Of a stretch of 39,109 nucleotides of DNA, positions 15,242-25,340 are shown piece after piece; within the stretch, counting starts at the first letter, position 1; every line of letters starts with the position of its first letter. The position numbers and the translations under genes are program-made. The notes under the pieces were generated by a model. It did no database searches and had not been told where the DNA came from. It saw only the letters and a list, made by a program, of their open reading frames with translations. The DNA is from an uncultured archaeon (GTDB lineage Archaea; Halobacteriota; Archaeoglobi; Archaeoglobales; Archaeoglobaceae), in NCBI GenBank assembly GCA_964463575.1, contig CAYXCK010000001.1:8952-48060 (forward strand), written 5' to 3'.

Positions 15242-17935
15242 ATGACGCTAGAAAAAGAGTATCTCGATATCTCATTTCTAAAAGAGAACGGGTTCATTAG
15301 AAAAAAGTGCCCAAAATGCGGAAAATACTTCTGGACGACGAGGGAAGATAGAGAAATCTGCGGCGATCCCCCCTGTGGAGGATACACCTTCATTGGTAAT
15401 TCCCCGTTCAGTCGCATTTTCGAGCTTTCTGAAATGAGAGAATTTTACCTGCGCTTCTTTGAGGAGAGAGGACACAAAAGAATTGAAAGGTATCCAGTTG
15501 TGGCAAGATGGAGAGACGACATTTATCTAACCATCGCGAGCATTGCGGATTTCCAGCCATTTGTCACGTCTGGTATCGCTCCACCTCCGGCAAATCCTCT
15601 GACGATCTCACAGCCCTGCATAAGGCTGGACGATCTCGAAAGCGTTGGGAGGAGTGGAAGACATTTGACTCTCTTCGAGATGATGGCACATCATGCCTTT
15701 AACTACCCAGAAAAGGAGATATACTGGAAAAACGAGACAGTAGCTTACTGCACAGAACTCCTAGAAAAACTCGGGGTTAAAAGGGATGAAATAGTATACA
15801 AGGAAGAACCGTGGGCTGGCGGCGGAAATGCTGGCCCCTGTCTTGAGGCAATAGTAAGAGGTTTAGAACTCGCAACTCTAGTCTTCATGAACCTTGAACT
15901 GAGCGAGGATGGCGATATCGTGATAAAAGGGGAGAGATACAGAAGGATGAAGAATTATATTGTCGACACGGGTTATGGTCTCGAAAGGTTCGTCTGGATG
16001 AGCAAAGGGAGCCCCACAGTTTACGATGCTATCTTTGACAGAGTTTTAGACGAGATATACAGCTCCAGCGGACTTAAGGAACTGAAAAAGAGAGATTTTA
16101 GAAATATCATAGCAGAAGCCTCAAAACTTGCAGGATTGGGAATTCCAAAGGATTCCCTGCCGTTCGAGGTCGCAAAGAGATTTGATATGGATGTAGATGA
16201 GGTTAGGCAAACAATCGATTCCGTTGCAAAGGTTTACGCGCTCGCGGATCACAGCAGATGCATTCTCTTCATGCTTGGAGACGGGTTAGTACCTTCCAAT
16301 GCTGGAGCAGGATATCTGGCTAGATTGATGATAAGAAGAAGTCTAAGACTGGCTGAAGAATTGCAAATATCGCTAGAACTACCAGATCTAGTTGAAATGC
16401 ATAATAAAATACTTGGATTCAAATTTGAAATTCCTCTGGAAACGATATACGAAATTCTAGAGCTCGAAAAAGAAAGGTTCAAGACAAGCATAGAAAAAGG
16501 TGTAAAGATAGTAGAAAGAACCGTGGGGAAAAAGAAGAAGATAGACAAAGACGATCTGATAGAATTTTACGAGTCCCACGGACTTCCGGCCGAACTAGTT
16601 TACAGAATTGCGAAAGAAAAAGGGGTTGAAGTTGAGGAAGTTGACATTTACAGCGAACTCGCAAAAATGCATTCCAAGGCCGAAAAGGAGAAGAAGGAAA
16701 TAGTGACACTGAAAAACGTATACCCGAAGACATCCAAGCTCTACTACGAAAATCCAAAGCTTTTTGAATTTACCGCAAAAGTTCTTGGATTTGAAAATGG
16801 ATATTTAATCCTCGATAAAACCGCTTTTTATCCCGAAAGCGGAGGTCAGGAGAGTGACACTGGTTACATAATTTCTGATGGTGAAAAATACTTTGTTTCG
16901 AAGGTTCTTGAGGTCGATGGAATAGTTCTCCATAAAGTCGAAAATGCAAAAGAGATAAAGGGGGAGGTAAAGGGAGTTATAGATGCCGAGAAAAGGCTCA
17001 GACACATGAGGCATCATTCTGCAACTCATTTGCTATTGTACACACTCCAGAAGCTTTACGGAAAACATGTATGGCAAGCCGGTGCCAAAAAAGAGGCGGA
17101 AAAAGCTAGACTCGATGTAACCCACTACAAAAAACTGAGCGACGAAGAAATAAGGAGAATCGAAATGATCGTAAACAAAGAAGTATTCGCGAACAAGCCA
17201 ATAAAATGGTTCTGGATGGACAGGATTGAGGCTGAGAGGGAGTTCGGTTTCAGGCTTTACCAAGGTGGGGTTCCCCCAGGAAGGGTAATAAGAATAGTTC
17301 AAGTTGGAGATGACGTTCAAGCCTGTGGAGGGACCCACTGCTCAAGCACAGGGGAGATCGGCCTGATAAAGATACTTAACGTTGACGCAATTCAAGATGG
17401 AGTACTCCGATTCGAATTCGCAACCGCTGAAGCCGCTATCGAGGCCATTGCAAAAATGGAGGCGATCCTTAGAGAATCGAGCAAAATTCTGAGGGTTGAA
17501 CCAAAAGTTCTGCCGAGAACCGTTGAAAGGTTTTTTGAAGAGTGGAAAGAACAGAAAAAGGAGATAGAAAGACTTAAAGAGGAGCTTGCGAAGATTAAAG
17601 GAGAAGTTTTGCTTAAAAATGCCGAGGATTTCAATTCAGTTAAGGTAGTAGTTGAAATATTAAGCGCGGATATGAACGAACTTTTGAAACTCGGAGACTA
17701 TCTCTCAAAGAAAGGGGCTGTTGGATGTCTAATGGCAAAGAGCGAGGGAAAGGTATTTGTTGTGACATTTGCCGGTAAAGATTACGATGCTAGGGAAATA
17801 CTAAAGGAGGTTGGTAAATATGCGAAAGGAAGTGGCGGAGGAAAGAAAGAACTTGCCCAGGGAGCAGTTGCAGTTCTGCCAAGCAGAGAAGAAATTCTTC
17901 GTATCGTCTTCGAATATCTTGCAAGGAAATCTTGA
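15242..17935 (+). CDS. alaS: Alanyl-tRNA synthetase (archaeal type)
   Basis: 897 aa. Class II core, editing-domain HHSATHLL and CGGTHC zinc motifs, C-terminal DHHA1-like domain. Confidence 0.95.
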   Translation: MTLEKEYLDISFLKENGFIRKKCPKCGKYFWTTREDREICGDPPCGGYTFIGNSPFSRIFELSEMREFYLRFFEERGHKRIERYPVVARWRDDIYLTIASIADFQPFVTSGIAPPPANPLTISQPCIRLDDLESVGRSGRHLTLFEMMAHHAFNYPEKEIYWKNETVAYCTELLEKLGVKRDEIVYKEEPWAGGGNAGPCLEAIVRGLELATLVFMNLELSEDGDIVIKGERYRRMKNYIVDTGYGLERFVWMSKGSPTVYDAIFDRVLDEIYSSSGLKELKKRDFRNIIAEASKLAGLGIPKDSLPFEVAKRFDMDVDEVRQTIDSVAKVYALADHSRCILFMLGDGLVPSNAGAGYLARLMIRRSLRLAEELQISLELPDLVEMHNKILGFKFEIPLETIYEILELEKERFKTSIEKGVKIVERTVGKKKKIDKDDLIEFYESHGLPAELVYRIAKEKGVEVEEVDIYSELAKMHSKAEKEKKEIVTLKNVYPKTSKLYYENPKLFEFTAKVLGFENGYLILDKTAFYPESGGQESDTGYIISDGEKYFVSKVLEVDGIVLHKVENAKEIKGEVKGVIDAEKRLRHMRHHSATHLLLYTLQKLYGKHVWQAGAKKEAEKARLDVTHYKKLSDEEIRRIEMIVNKEVFANKPIKWFWMDRIEAEREFGFRLYQGGVPPGRVIRIVQVGDDVQACGGTHCSSTGEIGLIKILNVDAIQDGVLRFEFATAEAAIEAIAKMEAILRESSKILRVEPKVLPRTVERFFEEWKEQKKEIERLKEELAKIKGEVLLKNAEDFNSVKVVVEILSADMNELLKLGDYLSKKGAVGCLMAKSEGKVFVVTFAGKDYDAREILKEVGKYAKGSGGGKKELAQGAVAVLPSREEILRIVFEYLARKS

Positions 17936-18671
17936 AGTAATACCAGTAAAAGGTTTGCCTCTGATTAAAGAAGGGGACAACATAGCAAAGCTGATAAGCG
18001 AGAAAGTGGAAGTAAAAGATGGCGACGTGATCGTTGTATGTTCCACGATAGTTTCAAAATCCGAGGGGAGGGTGAAAAATCTCTCCAACTATAAACCAAG
18101 TTCGCTGGCCATAGAATTGAGCAAGAAGGTCGCAAAACCACCTGAATTCATTCAGGCTGTTATAGAGGAGAGCGAGGAAATTCTAATCAGGGAGCCTTTC
18201 CTTCTTGTTAAAGCAAAATACGGCAACATTTGCGTCAATGCGGGCATAGATGCATCAAACATCGATAAAGGCAAAATACTGCTCCCTCCGATCGACCCAG
18301 ACAAGAGCGCGGAGAGAATTAGAGAGGAATTTGAAAAGCTTGGAAAAAAAGTTGGGGTTATAATCACAGATACAAACGGAAGATGCTTCAGAAAGGGGGT
18401 AGTTGGAATAGCAATGGGAATTTCCGGAGTTTCCGCGATGAGAGATTGGAGGGGCGAAACAGATCTTTACGGCAACAAGCTTGAAGTAACGGTTGAATGC
18501 ATCGCTGACGAGATAGCGGCTTTTGCAAATCTTCTTATGGGAGAAGCTGGAGACGGAATTCCGGCCGTGATCTTCCGAGGTCTAAAAGTTCTCGGTGATG
18601 GAAGCGCAAAAGAAATTTACAGGAGCGAAGAAGAAGATGTAATCAGAAGATGCCTGAGAAAGTGCTCCTAG
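17919..18671 (+). CDS. cofE: Coenzyme F420:L-glutamate ligase
   Basis: LEVIPVKGLPLIKEGDNIA, VVCSTIVSKSEGR, NAGIDASN and ITDTNGR.FR.G..G.A.G are CofE hallmarks. I place the start at the in-frame TTG 17919 (250 aa), because the track's 17811 start lies inside alaS. Confidence 0.85.
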   Translation: MQGNLEVIPVKGLPLIKEGDNIAKLISEKVEVKDGDVIVVCSTIVSKSEGRVKNLSNYKPSSLAIELSKKVAKPPEFIQAVIEESEEILIREPFLLVKAKYGNICVNAGIDASNIDKGKILLPPIDPDKSAERIREEFEKLGKKVGVIITDTNGRCFRKGVVGIAMGISGVSAMRDWRGETDLYGNKLEVTVECIADEIAAFANLLMGEAGDGIPAVIFRGLKVLGDGSAKEIYRSEEEDVIRRCLRKCS

Positions 18672-19690
18672 TAGGAACAAACGTCAGAAACGTTGCTCAA
18701 TCGGCAAAAAAAGCCGGATATGATGTCTACGCGATCACGAAATATGCTGACCTAGATTTAAAGCTATACTGCAAAGAAGTTTATGAAATGAGTGGCGATT
18801 GCAGAGCTTTGGCCGAGAAAATTGCTCAAGAAAAGAATGCCAAGGTAATTCTTTGTTCCAATGCTGAAACTCTTGAAGTCGATGCAGATCTGCTTTGCAA
18901 TGATCCGAAGGAAAGTAAGAGGATAATAGACAAGCTGGAATTTTACAAAATACTCGAAAAAGCCGGTATACCCCATCCAGAAGTACTGAAAAAACCCGAA
19001 GGCAAAGCAATCGCAAAGCCAAGAATTGGTGGCGGAGGAGAGGGTGTAAAGTTTGCAAATGGAGATGAAAAGGGAGTAATATTCCAGAGATTTGTTGAGG
19101 GGATTCCTTGTAGCGTCTCGCTTATATGCGGAAAAGAGATTTTACCGATTGCCATAAACAGGATTTTCTCCGGATGGAAAGAAATGTACGCCGACGGATT
19201 CAGATACAGCGGTAATCTCACCCCCCTGATCGTTGATGATGAAAAAAGAAGAGAAATTGAGAGAATCGCTATAGATACTGTTCAGCTTTTCGATTTGAGA
19301 GGTTCCGTGGGAGTTGATTTCATTCTAGCAGAGAGACCCTATGTTCTAGAACTTAATCCGAGATTTCAGGGGTCTCTGGATAGCGTGGAATGGTGCTTCG
19401 ACGTCAATCTTTTTTATTTACACGTAAAGGCCTTTGAAGAAAAGAAAATTGAAAAACCAAAGGCAAAAAGATTCGCAATTAGAGCAATCCTATTTGCCAA
19501 AGAAGACATTTCAATAAAAAAAGACCTGACAGGAAACCCATTCTTCGCAGACATCCCCTGGGGCAAATACAAAAAAGGAGATCCTGTCGTTTCTATCCTT
19601 GCAAGTGGAAGCGAAAAAGGGGTATTTAAAAAGGTATTTGAAAGGAGAGATATTTTTTTAAGAATCGTCAGCCATATCCAATCGGCTTAG
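18650..19690 (+). CDS. ATP-grasp ligase of uncertain substrate (COG2232-like; possibly a cofactor-tail ligase such as the methanofuran enzyme MfnD)
   Basis: 346 aa. ATP-grasp features: [45 protein letters not shown]. Overlaps the cofE end by 22 nt. The substrate assignment is speculative. Confidence 0.6.
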   Translation: MPEKVLLVGTNVRNVAQSAKKAGYDVYAITKYADLDLKLYCKEVYEMSGDCRALAEKIAQEKNAKVILCSNAETLEVDADLLCNDPKESKRIIDKLEFYKILEKAGIPHPEVLKKPEGKAIAKPRIGGGGEGVKFANGDEKGVIFQRFVEGIPCSVSLICGKEILPIAINRIFSGWKEMYADGFRYSGNLTPLIVDDEKRREIERIAIDTVQLFDLRGSVGVDFILAERPYVLELNPRFQGSLDSVEWCFDVNLFYLHVKAFEEKKIEKPKAKRFAIRAILFAKEDISIKKDLTGNPFFADIPWGKYKKGDPVVSILASGSEKGVFKKVFERRDIFLRIVSHIQSA

Positions 19691-22085
19691 CAGAAACTTT
19701 GAGCTTCTCAGTCTTTATTCTCTCCTCAAATCTTTCGTAGAAACTTAGCATAACTTCATTCACGCTCGGTTTTATCTTCTTAATTGCCTCATAGAAATGT
19801 CTCATCTCGATCTTTTCAGCATTGGGGTTTTCTCTGAGCGCGAGCATAACAGCTTCTCTGCAAATTGCCTCTATGTCAGCGCCGACATAACCTTCCGTTA
19901 TTTCTGCCAATTCGTTGAGATCGACGTCTTCAGCCAGAGGCATGTTTCTGGTATGTATCTTAAATATTGCAAGCCTGCTCTTCTTATCCGGTGGTCTGAC
20001 ATAAACGAGTCTGTCAAATCTTCCAGGTCTTAGCAGCGCTGGATCTAGTATGTCGGGCCTGTTCGTTGCGCCAATGACAATAACCCCGTGCAATTCTTCA
20101 AGACCATCCATTTCTATCAGGAGTTGATTCAGCACCCTCTCTACTGCTCTGCTACCCTCATCTATTCCTCTCATTTGCGCAATTGCATCTATTTCGTCAA
20201 AGAATATTATGCAAGGTGCAACCTGCCTCGCTTTTCTGAAAATCTTCCTTACAGCTTTTTCGCTCTCTCCAAGCCACTTGCTTAGCAGCTCGCCGCCCTT
20301 AATGCTTATGAAGTTAGCCTCAGACTCATTCGCTACAGCCTTCGCAATTAAAGTCTTTCCAGTGCCCGGAGGACCGTAGAGCAGGACTCCTTTAGGTGGC
20401 CTTATTCCAAACTTCTTGAATTTCTCAGGATACTTGAGAGGCCATTCAACCGCTTCGATTATTTCCCTCTTCACATCTTCAAGACCACCAACGTCTTCCC
20501 ATGTCACCTTGGGAATCTCCACAAGGACTTCCCTCATTGCAGAGGGCTCTATTTCCTTAAGGGCCTCGAGGAAATCTTCCCACTTTACCCTCATAGACTC
20601 AAGAACCTCTATTGGAATTTCCTCCGCCTCAAGATCTATGCTCGGAAGATATCTCCTCAGCGCCTTCATCGCCGCTTCCTTGCAAAGAGCTTCGATGTCC
20701 GCACCTACGAAGCCATGGGTTTGATCCGCAACTCTCTTTAGCATGGCCCTTATTATTTCGTTCTCAACCTCATTCAGAATTTCTTGTGGGAGAATGGATT
20801 TAATGGTCCTCTCTATTTCCTGTTCTCTTTCAAGCTTTTTAACCTCTTCAATTGCAAATTCTATGTCTTTATGTACTTTCGGATCTTCAATATTCTTCTT
20901 AATTCTTTCAAGAGCTTCTAGAGCGAATTCTCTCAGATATTTCGGTTCCAAGGGCATGTTACGTGTGTGAATTTGAAGAATCTCGAATCTACCTTCCCTG
21001 TCCGGAACGCCAATTTCTATCTCCCTGTCAAACCTACCGGGCCTTCTTAAGGCGGGATCTACCGCATCGATTCTGTTTGTAGCCCCTATTACTATTACCT
21101 GTCCCCTCTCTTCAAGACCATCCATTAAAGTCAAAAGCTGTGCTACAACTCTCCTCTCGACTTCTCCTGTAACATCTTCCCTTCTCGGTGCAATTGAATC
21201 TATTTCATCGATGAATATAATACTTGGGGCATTCTGTTTAGCTTCTTCAAATATCTCCCTAAGCCTCTGCTCCGATTCACCATAGAATTTGCTCATTATC
21301 TCCGGACCATTTATCGTGAAGAAGCTAGCCCCTATTTCATTCGCTACAGCCTTCGCAATTAAAGTCTTTCCAGTGCCCGGAGGACCGTAGAGCAGGACTC
21401 CTTTAGGCGGTTCGATGCCGAGGCGCTTGAAAAGTTCCGGATACTTCAAAGGAAGCTCTATTATTTCCCTTACCTTCTGGAGTTCTTCTTTCAGCCCACC
21501 GATGTCCTCGTACGTAACCCCGGCTTTGCCCACTTTTTCAAAGCCCCTAACCGGATGATCGCGGTATATAACCCTAGTCGATTCATCCATTATCACAGGC
21601 CCTTTGGGTTCTGTCTTCAGCGCGACAAAAACTACCGCTTGATTCTGCTGCCCATATCTCCCGAATCCGGTTATCGCGGGAGAGCCTATGAGCGGAAGTA
21701 AGTCGCCTTCAACCAAAGGTCTTTTCAGGAATTGATGCTTCAAATATTCTCCCGGATCTATTCCGTATATCCTCATCTCTATTTTCTTTGTTGGAGCCAA
21801 AACAACTGTTTTCGCTATCGAGTAATTTACCTTCCTAATCTTAACAAGATCCCCAACTCCTATCCCTGCGTTTTCTCTTGTAAAGTGGTCTATTCTTATT
21901 ATGTTCTTTCCCCAATCCCTCTTCGGGGATCTCCAAACTTTCGCGACGGTCTTTCTTTTACCCTCTATCTCTATCACATCTCCCGGAGAAATTTGAAGTT
22001 TCATCATCGCATCCGGATCAAGTCTCGCTATTCCCCTTCCCGAATCACTAGGATAAGCTTGGTTGACTTTGAGCGTGAGTTCCAT
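19668..22085 (-). CDS. cdc48: Cdc48/VCP(p97)-like double AAA+ ATPase
   Basis: 805 aa. N-domain (double-psi barrel) followed by D1 and D2, each with [17 protein letters not shown] Walker A and IIF(I/F)DEID Walker B. Extra ~65-aa helical insert after IHTRNMPL in D1. C-terminus ..PIGYG has a penultimate Tyr (HbYX-like). Confidence 0.93.
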   Translation of the reverse strand: MELTLKVNQAYPSDSGRGIARLDPDAMMKLQISPGDVIEIEGKRKTVAKVWRSPKRDWGKNIIRIDHFTRENAGIGVGDLVKIRKVNYSIAKTVVLAPTKKIEMRIYGIDPGEYLKHQFLKRPLVEGDLLPLIGSPAITGFGRYGQQNQAVVFVALKTEPKGPVIMDESTRVIYRDHPVRGFEKVGKAGVTYEDIGGLKEELQKVREIIELPLKYPELFKRLGIEPPKGVLLYGPPGTGKTLIAKAVANEIGASFFTINGPEIMSKFYGESEQRLREIFEEAKQNAPSIIFIDEIDSIAPRREDVTGEVERRVVAQLLTLMDGLEERGQVIVIGATNRIDAVDPALRRPGRFDREIEIGVPDREGRFEILQIHTRNMPLEPKYLREFALEALERIKKNIEDPKVHKDIEFAIEEVKKLEREQEIERTIKSILPQEILNEVENEIIRAMLKRVADQTHGFVGADIEALCKEAAMKALRRYLPSIDLEAEEIPIEVLESMRVKWEDFLEALKEIEPSAMREVLVEIPKVTWEDVGGLEDVKREIIEAVEWPLKYPEKFKKFGIRPPKGVLLYGPPGTGKTLIAKAVANESEANFISIKGGELLSKWLGESEKAVRKIFRKARQVAPCIIFFDEIDAIAQMRGIDEGSRAVERVLNQLLIEMDGLEELHGVIVIGATNRPDILDPALLRPGRFDRLVYVRPPDKKSRLAIFKIHTRNMPLAEDVDLNELAEITEGYVGADIEAICREAVMLALRENPNAEKIEMRHFYEAIKKIKPSVNEVMLSFYERFEERIKTEKLKVSAKPIGYG

Positions 22086-22138
22086 CTTTTCACCTACACT
22101 TTTTTATTTTGAGTATTAAAAAGACTTGTGGTGGTTTG

Positions 22139-23302
22139 ATGAAGGTTGCGATATTTGACGCCTTCAACGGAGCTAGCGGAGACATGATAATTTCAGCCCT
22201 GCTTGGTGTTTCGCTAGATAAAGATGACCTAGAATCTGTAAAAAATGAATTCTCACTCGATATAGATTTCGAAATCGGGGAAGTGATGAAAAGAGGGATA
22301 GTGGCAAAGAGGGTCGTTGTGAAGGAAAAAAGAACGGAGAGGAATTTCAAGGAAATAATAGAGATGCTCGAAAGATCAAAAATCGAAAAAGATGTGAGAG
22401 ATGATGCAAAAAAGATTTTCGAAATTCTCGCAAAAGCCGAGGGAGCCGTTCATGGAAGAGATTACAGAAATGCGGTTTTTCACGAACTCGGGGGAGATGA
22501 TGCCATTTTCGATATCGTTTGCTCCGCAATGGGGATAAGAAGGTTGCTGCGCGAAGGCTACAGGATATTTGCAAATCCAATAAGAACCGGAAGCGGTTTC
22601 GTTGAATTTTCGCACGGAAAATATCCAGTTCCAACACCCGCAGTCCTTGAAATCTTGAAAAAATCGAAGCTAGAGGTTGTATTTGAGGGTAGTGGGGAGC
22701 TTCTGACTCCCACAGCTTCGGCTATACTTGCATACTACTGCGAAGGAGTGTTTAGACAGCCTCTGAGGATAGAAAGAATTTCCTACGGAGCAGGAAGCCG
22801 AGAAAGCGATGTCCCAAACGTTATAAGGCTGATTCTTGGAATCGCTGAGATCCATGACAGTATCGCAGTTCTTGAAACGCAAGTGGATGATCTCAGTGGC
22901 GAAGAAGTTGGCTTTGCTCTCGAAAAGATCAGAGAAAAATGCATCGATGCAATTGCAATTCCAGCAGTGGGGAAAAAATCTAGGCCCACTATTTTGATGA
23001 GGGTAATTGCCACGATGAGCGAAGCCGAAGATATCGCAAGGATTTTGATGAAAGAGACGGGAAGTTTGGGAGTTAGAATTATCCCCGTATACCACAGAAC
23101 GATCGCCGATAGGGAAATAGAGGAAAAAGAAGTATGCATAATGGGGAAAAATTTCAGAGTAAAGTTCAAGCGCTCAAAGAGCCTAGGAACTTTCAAACCG
23201 GAATTTGAAGATGTCGCTAGAATTGCCAGAGAGCTCGACATTTCAATTTTCAAGGTTTACCAGATGCTGAGGTGCGAGGATGTTCATTCCGAGCGGAAGT
23301 AG
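22139..23302 (+). CDS. larC: LarC-family nickel-insertion protein (DUF111; pyridinium-3,5-bisthiocarboxylate mononucleotide nickel chelatase family)
   Basis: MKVAIFDAFNGASGDM, HELGGDDAIFDIV, VPTPAVLEIL and GVRIIPVYHR match the LarC/DUF111 family. I prefer the ATG at 22139 over the track's TTG at 22109. Confidence 0.8.
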   Translation: MKVAIFDAFNGASGDMIISALLGVSLDKDDLESVKNEFSLDIDFEIGEVMKRGIVAKRVVVKEKRTERNFKEIIEMLERSKIEKDVRDDAKKIFEILAKAEGAVHGRDYRNAVFHELGGDDAIFDIVCSAMGIRRLLREGYRIFANPIRTGSGFVEFSHGKYPVPTPAVLEILKKSKLEVVFEGSGELLTPTASAILAYYCEGVFRQPLRIERISYGAGSRESDVPNVIRLILGIAEIHDSIAVLETQVDDLSGEEVGFALEKIREKCIDAIAIPAVGKKSRPTILMRVIATMSEAEDIARILMKETGSLGVRIIPVYHRTIADREIEEKEVCIMGKNFRVKFKRSKSLGTFKPEFEDVARIARELDISIFKVYQMLRCEDVHSERK

Positions 23303-23939
23303 TTGTATAGACGCTCTTCTAGGAGGGGGAGTTGAAACTGGGACTTTAACCCATATTTTTGGTGCTAGTGGAACTGGAAAAACTACCCTATGTCTCATGT
23401 TTGCCAAGAACGCGGCGAAACATTACAAGGTAGCTTATATAGACACTGAAGGTCTATCTGCCGAAAGAGTGAGACAAATCTTCCAGGAAGATCTCTCCCT
23501 ATTTTCAAACGTGTATGTCCAAGAAGTCTTTACTTTCAAACAGCAGGCCGCAGCACTAAAAGAGGCTGAAAAGCTTTGCAAGGAAGAGAACGTAAAGCTA
23601 GTAATTGTTGACAGCTTTACTGCCCTTTACAGAAGCGAGCTCGAAGACGAGGAGAGACAAGTGAAGATAAAAAGAGAGCTAACTGCCCAGCTAACATTTC
23701 TACTAAGCCTTGCGAGAAAACTGGATCTCGCAGCTATAATCACCAATCAGATGTTCACAGATGTAAAAACAGGACAGGATAGACCCTTGGGTGGAACAAG
23801 TTTGGAGCATCTTTCCAAAACCGCAATTTTTCTCGAAAAATTAGGCTCGGTTAGAAGGGCAATTCTTGTGAAACACAGATTTAAAAAGGAGGGGGAAAGC
23901 TGCGAATTCGTTATAAGTGATAGGGGAATTGAACCCTAA
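23280..23939 (+). CDS. radB: RadB, archaeal RecA/RadA paralogue
   Basis: 219 aa. LD.LLGGGVETGTLT..FGASGTGKTT Walker A and LVIVDS Walker B. No N-terminal HhH domain, and the length is typical of RadB. Confidence 0.85.
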   Translation: MFIPSGSSCIDALLGGGVETGTLTHIFGASGTGKTTLCLMFAKNAAKHYKVAYIDTEGLSAERVRQIFQEDLSLFSNVYVQEVFTFKQQAAALKEAEKLCKEENVKLVIVDSFTALYRSELEDEERQVKIKRELTAQLTFLLSLARKLDLAAIITNQMFTDVKTGQDRPLGGTSLEHLSKTAIFLEKLGSVRRAILVKHRFKKEGESCEFVISDRGIEP

Positions 23940-24280
23940 AGCAGCGGCAAACTCCCAGTAATCTTGTCTATTTTCTTTGCTTCATCCGGCCCTATTACCA
24001 AGGCAGTAATTGTTCCCGGTGGCACTTCTGTAAGTCCTGCATCTTCTACAATTGCGGTCGCCAGTTTCTCTCTTTCGGCCTTGTTTTTTATTTCAAAAAG
24101 CTCATCCAAGTTTCTAACTTTCAGAACTATCTTTTTCTGTCCCTCTCTCAGCCAGACGTCTCTTTTTTCTTTCTCACTCTTCAGAAAACCAAGAATGCTT
24201 GCATGAGCCACCTGAACTGCCAGCTTACCTCTTGATAAGTTCAGATCATCCCTGACCACTATAACCTGCTTCAGTTCCAT
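23936..24280 (-). CDS. pth2: Peptidyl-tRNA hydrolase, archaeal type (Pth2)
   Basis: 114 aa. KQVIVVRDDLNLSRGKLAVQVAHAS.. and ..DAGLTEVPPGTITALVIGP are characteristic of Pth2. Confidence 0.9.
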   Translation of the reverse strand: MELKQVIVVRDDLNLSRGKLAVQVAHASILGFLKSEKEKRDVWLREGQKKIVLKVRNLDELFEIKNKAEREKLATAIVEDAGLTEVPPGTITALVIGPDEAKKIDKITGSLPLL

Positions 24281-24284
24281 ATTT

Positions 24285-24527
24285 TCACCAGTTTAATTCT
24301 TTTTCATCATAGGCCCTAGATTTGCTCAACCATCTATTTCCGATTTCCAGGGCCATTTTCTCATCGAAATCTCCAATGTAGATTTTCTCACCGTCAAAGC
24401 TAACAACCTCTAAGGGAACCGCTATGAATTTGTCATGGACCTTAACTATCAAATGATTCTCGAAAACATCTATGCTCTCTCCGAACTCTTTACCGTCCTT
24501 GTATACGAATCTGCAAATTAGATCCAT
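24285..24527 (-). CDS. Small conserved-looking hypothetical protein (80 aa), possibly PRC-barrel-like
   Basis: ORF 4 nt upstream of pth2 on the same strand. The pattern VYKDGKEFGESIDVFENHLIVKV..FIAVPLEVVSFDGEKIYI resembles the G..G.V.D(V/I)....L.V....(V/I)P...V......I layout of PRC-barrel domains. The fold call is tentative. Confidence 0.5.
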   Translation of the reverse strand: MDLICRFVYKDGKEFGESIDVFENHLIVKVHDKFIAVPLEVVSFDGEKIYIGDFDEKMALEIGNRWLSKSRAYDEKELNW

Positions 24528-24572
24528 GCCTCATGTAGTCAAGCTATTTAAAATCTTTCACAGCCAAAAAAA

Positions 24573-25340
24573 TCAGGAATACCTAACAACCTCGCAATCC
24601 CCTTCATAGTTCTCCTCAAAAATGCCCCTAAGTTTTCCGCTACAAACAGGACAGTTATTTCTCTCGGAAATAGGAATTTCGAAGAAGACCATTGAACCCA
24701 AGTCGATACGAATAATTCTTCCCGTTAAAAATTTCCCATAACCAGTTATTATTTTAATCGCTTCCAGTGCCTGGAAACATCCAAAAAGCCCTGCCACCGC
24801 ACCAACTATTGCCCTAGCCTGCAAACTAGGAGCCTTTGGAATGTAACAGCGGTAACAGGGTTTTCCCAGAAAGGTCGCTATTTCCCCTTCAAAGGCATAA
24901 ACGGCAGAATGAACAAAGGGCTTTGAGAACAGATTGCAGGTATCATTTATTAAAAAACGGGTTGCAAAGTTGTCAGGACAGCCCAAAATTACATCATAAT
25001 TTTTTATAATTTTTTCTGAATTTCTAGGATTTAGATGATACGGATAAACGTCAACAACGACTTCTGGATTGAGCTTTTCAACAAAAATGCACGCTGACTC
25101 GGCCTTGTTCATTCCAATGTTTCCCGCATGTATTGTTTGCCTCTGCAGATTCGATTCGTCAACAATGTCTCCATCAACTATTCCCATTCTACCAATCCCG
25201 GCCGCAGCTAGAAACTGAATTGCAGCGCTTCCTAGTCCTCCCGCCCCAATTACAAGTGCAGAGGAGTTCAGCAATTTTTCCTGACCCTTTAGACCAAAAA
25301 TTTCTATTTGCCTCGAATATCTTTCAAAATTAAACATCAA
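24573..25340 (-). CDS. ThiF/MoeB/UbaA-type E1-like adenylyltransferase
   Basis: 255 aa. RYSRQI..G..GQ..L, VIGAGGLGS, DESNLQRQ, and two CxxC pairs (CYRC, CPVC). No rhodanese domain. The start overlaps the gyrB stop by 11 nt. Confidence 0.85.
   Translation of the reverse strand: MMFNFERYSRQIEIFGLKGQEKLLNSSALVIGAGGLGSAAIQFLAAAGIGRMGIVDGDIVDESNLQRQTIHAGNIGMNKAESACIFVEKLNPEVVVDVYPYHLNPRNSEKIIKNYDVILGCPDNFATRFLINDTCNLFSKPFVHSAVYAFEGEIATFLGKPCYRCYIPKAPSLQARAIVGAVAGLFGCFQALEAIKIITGYGKFLTGRIIRIDLGSMVFFEIPISERNNCPVCSGKLRGIFEENYEGDCEVVRYS

Noticed and set aside
17811-17918. N-terminal 36-codon extension of the cofE ORF
   Set aside because: It lies inside the alaS coding region and does not resemble CofE. 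The conserved CofE N-terminus (LEVIPVKGLP) begins just after the in-frame TTG at 17919.
24285-24527. Possibility that the 80-aa ORF next to the E1-like gene is a SAMP/ubiquitin-like sulfur carrier
   Set aside because: The C-terminus is ..DEKELNW with no terminal Gly-Gly, and the sequence pattern does not look like a beta-grasp protein.
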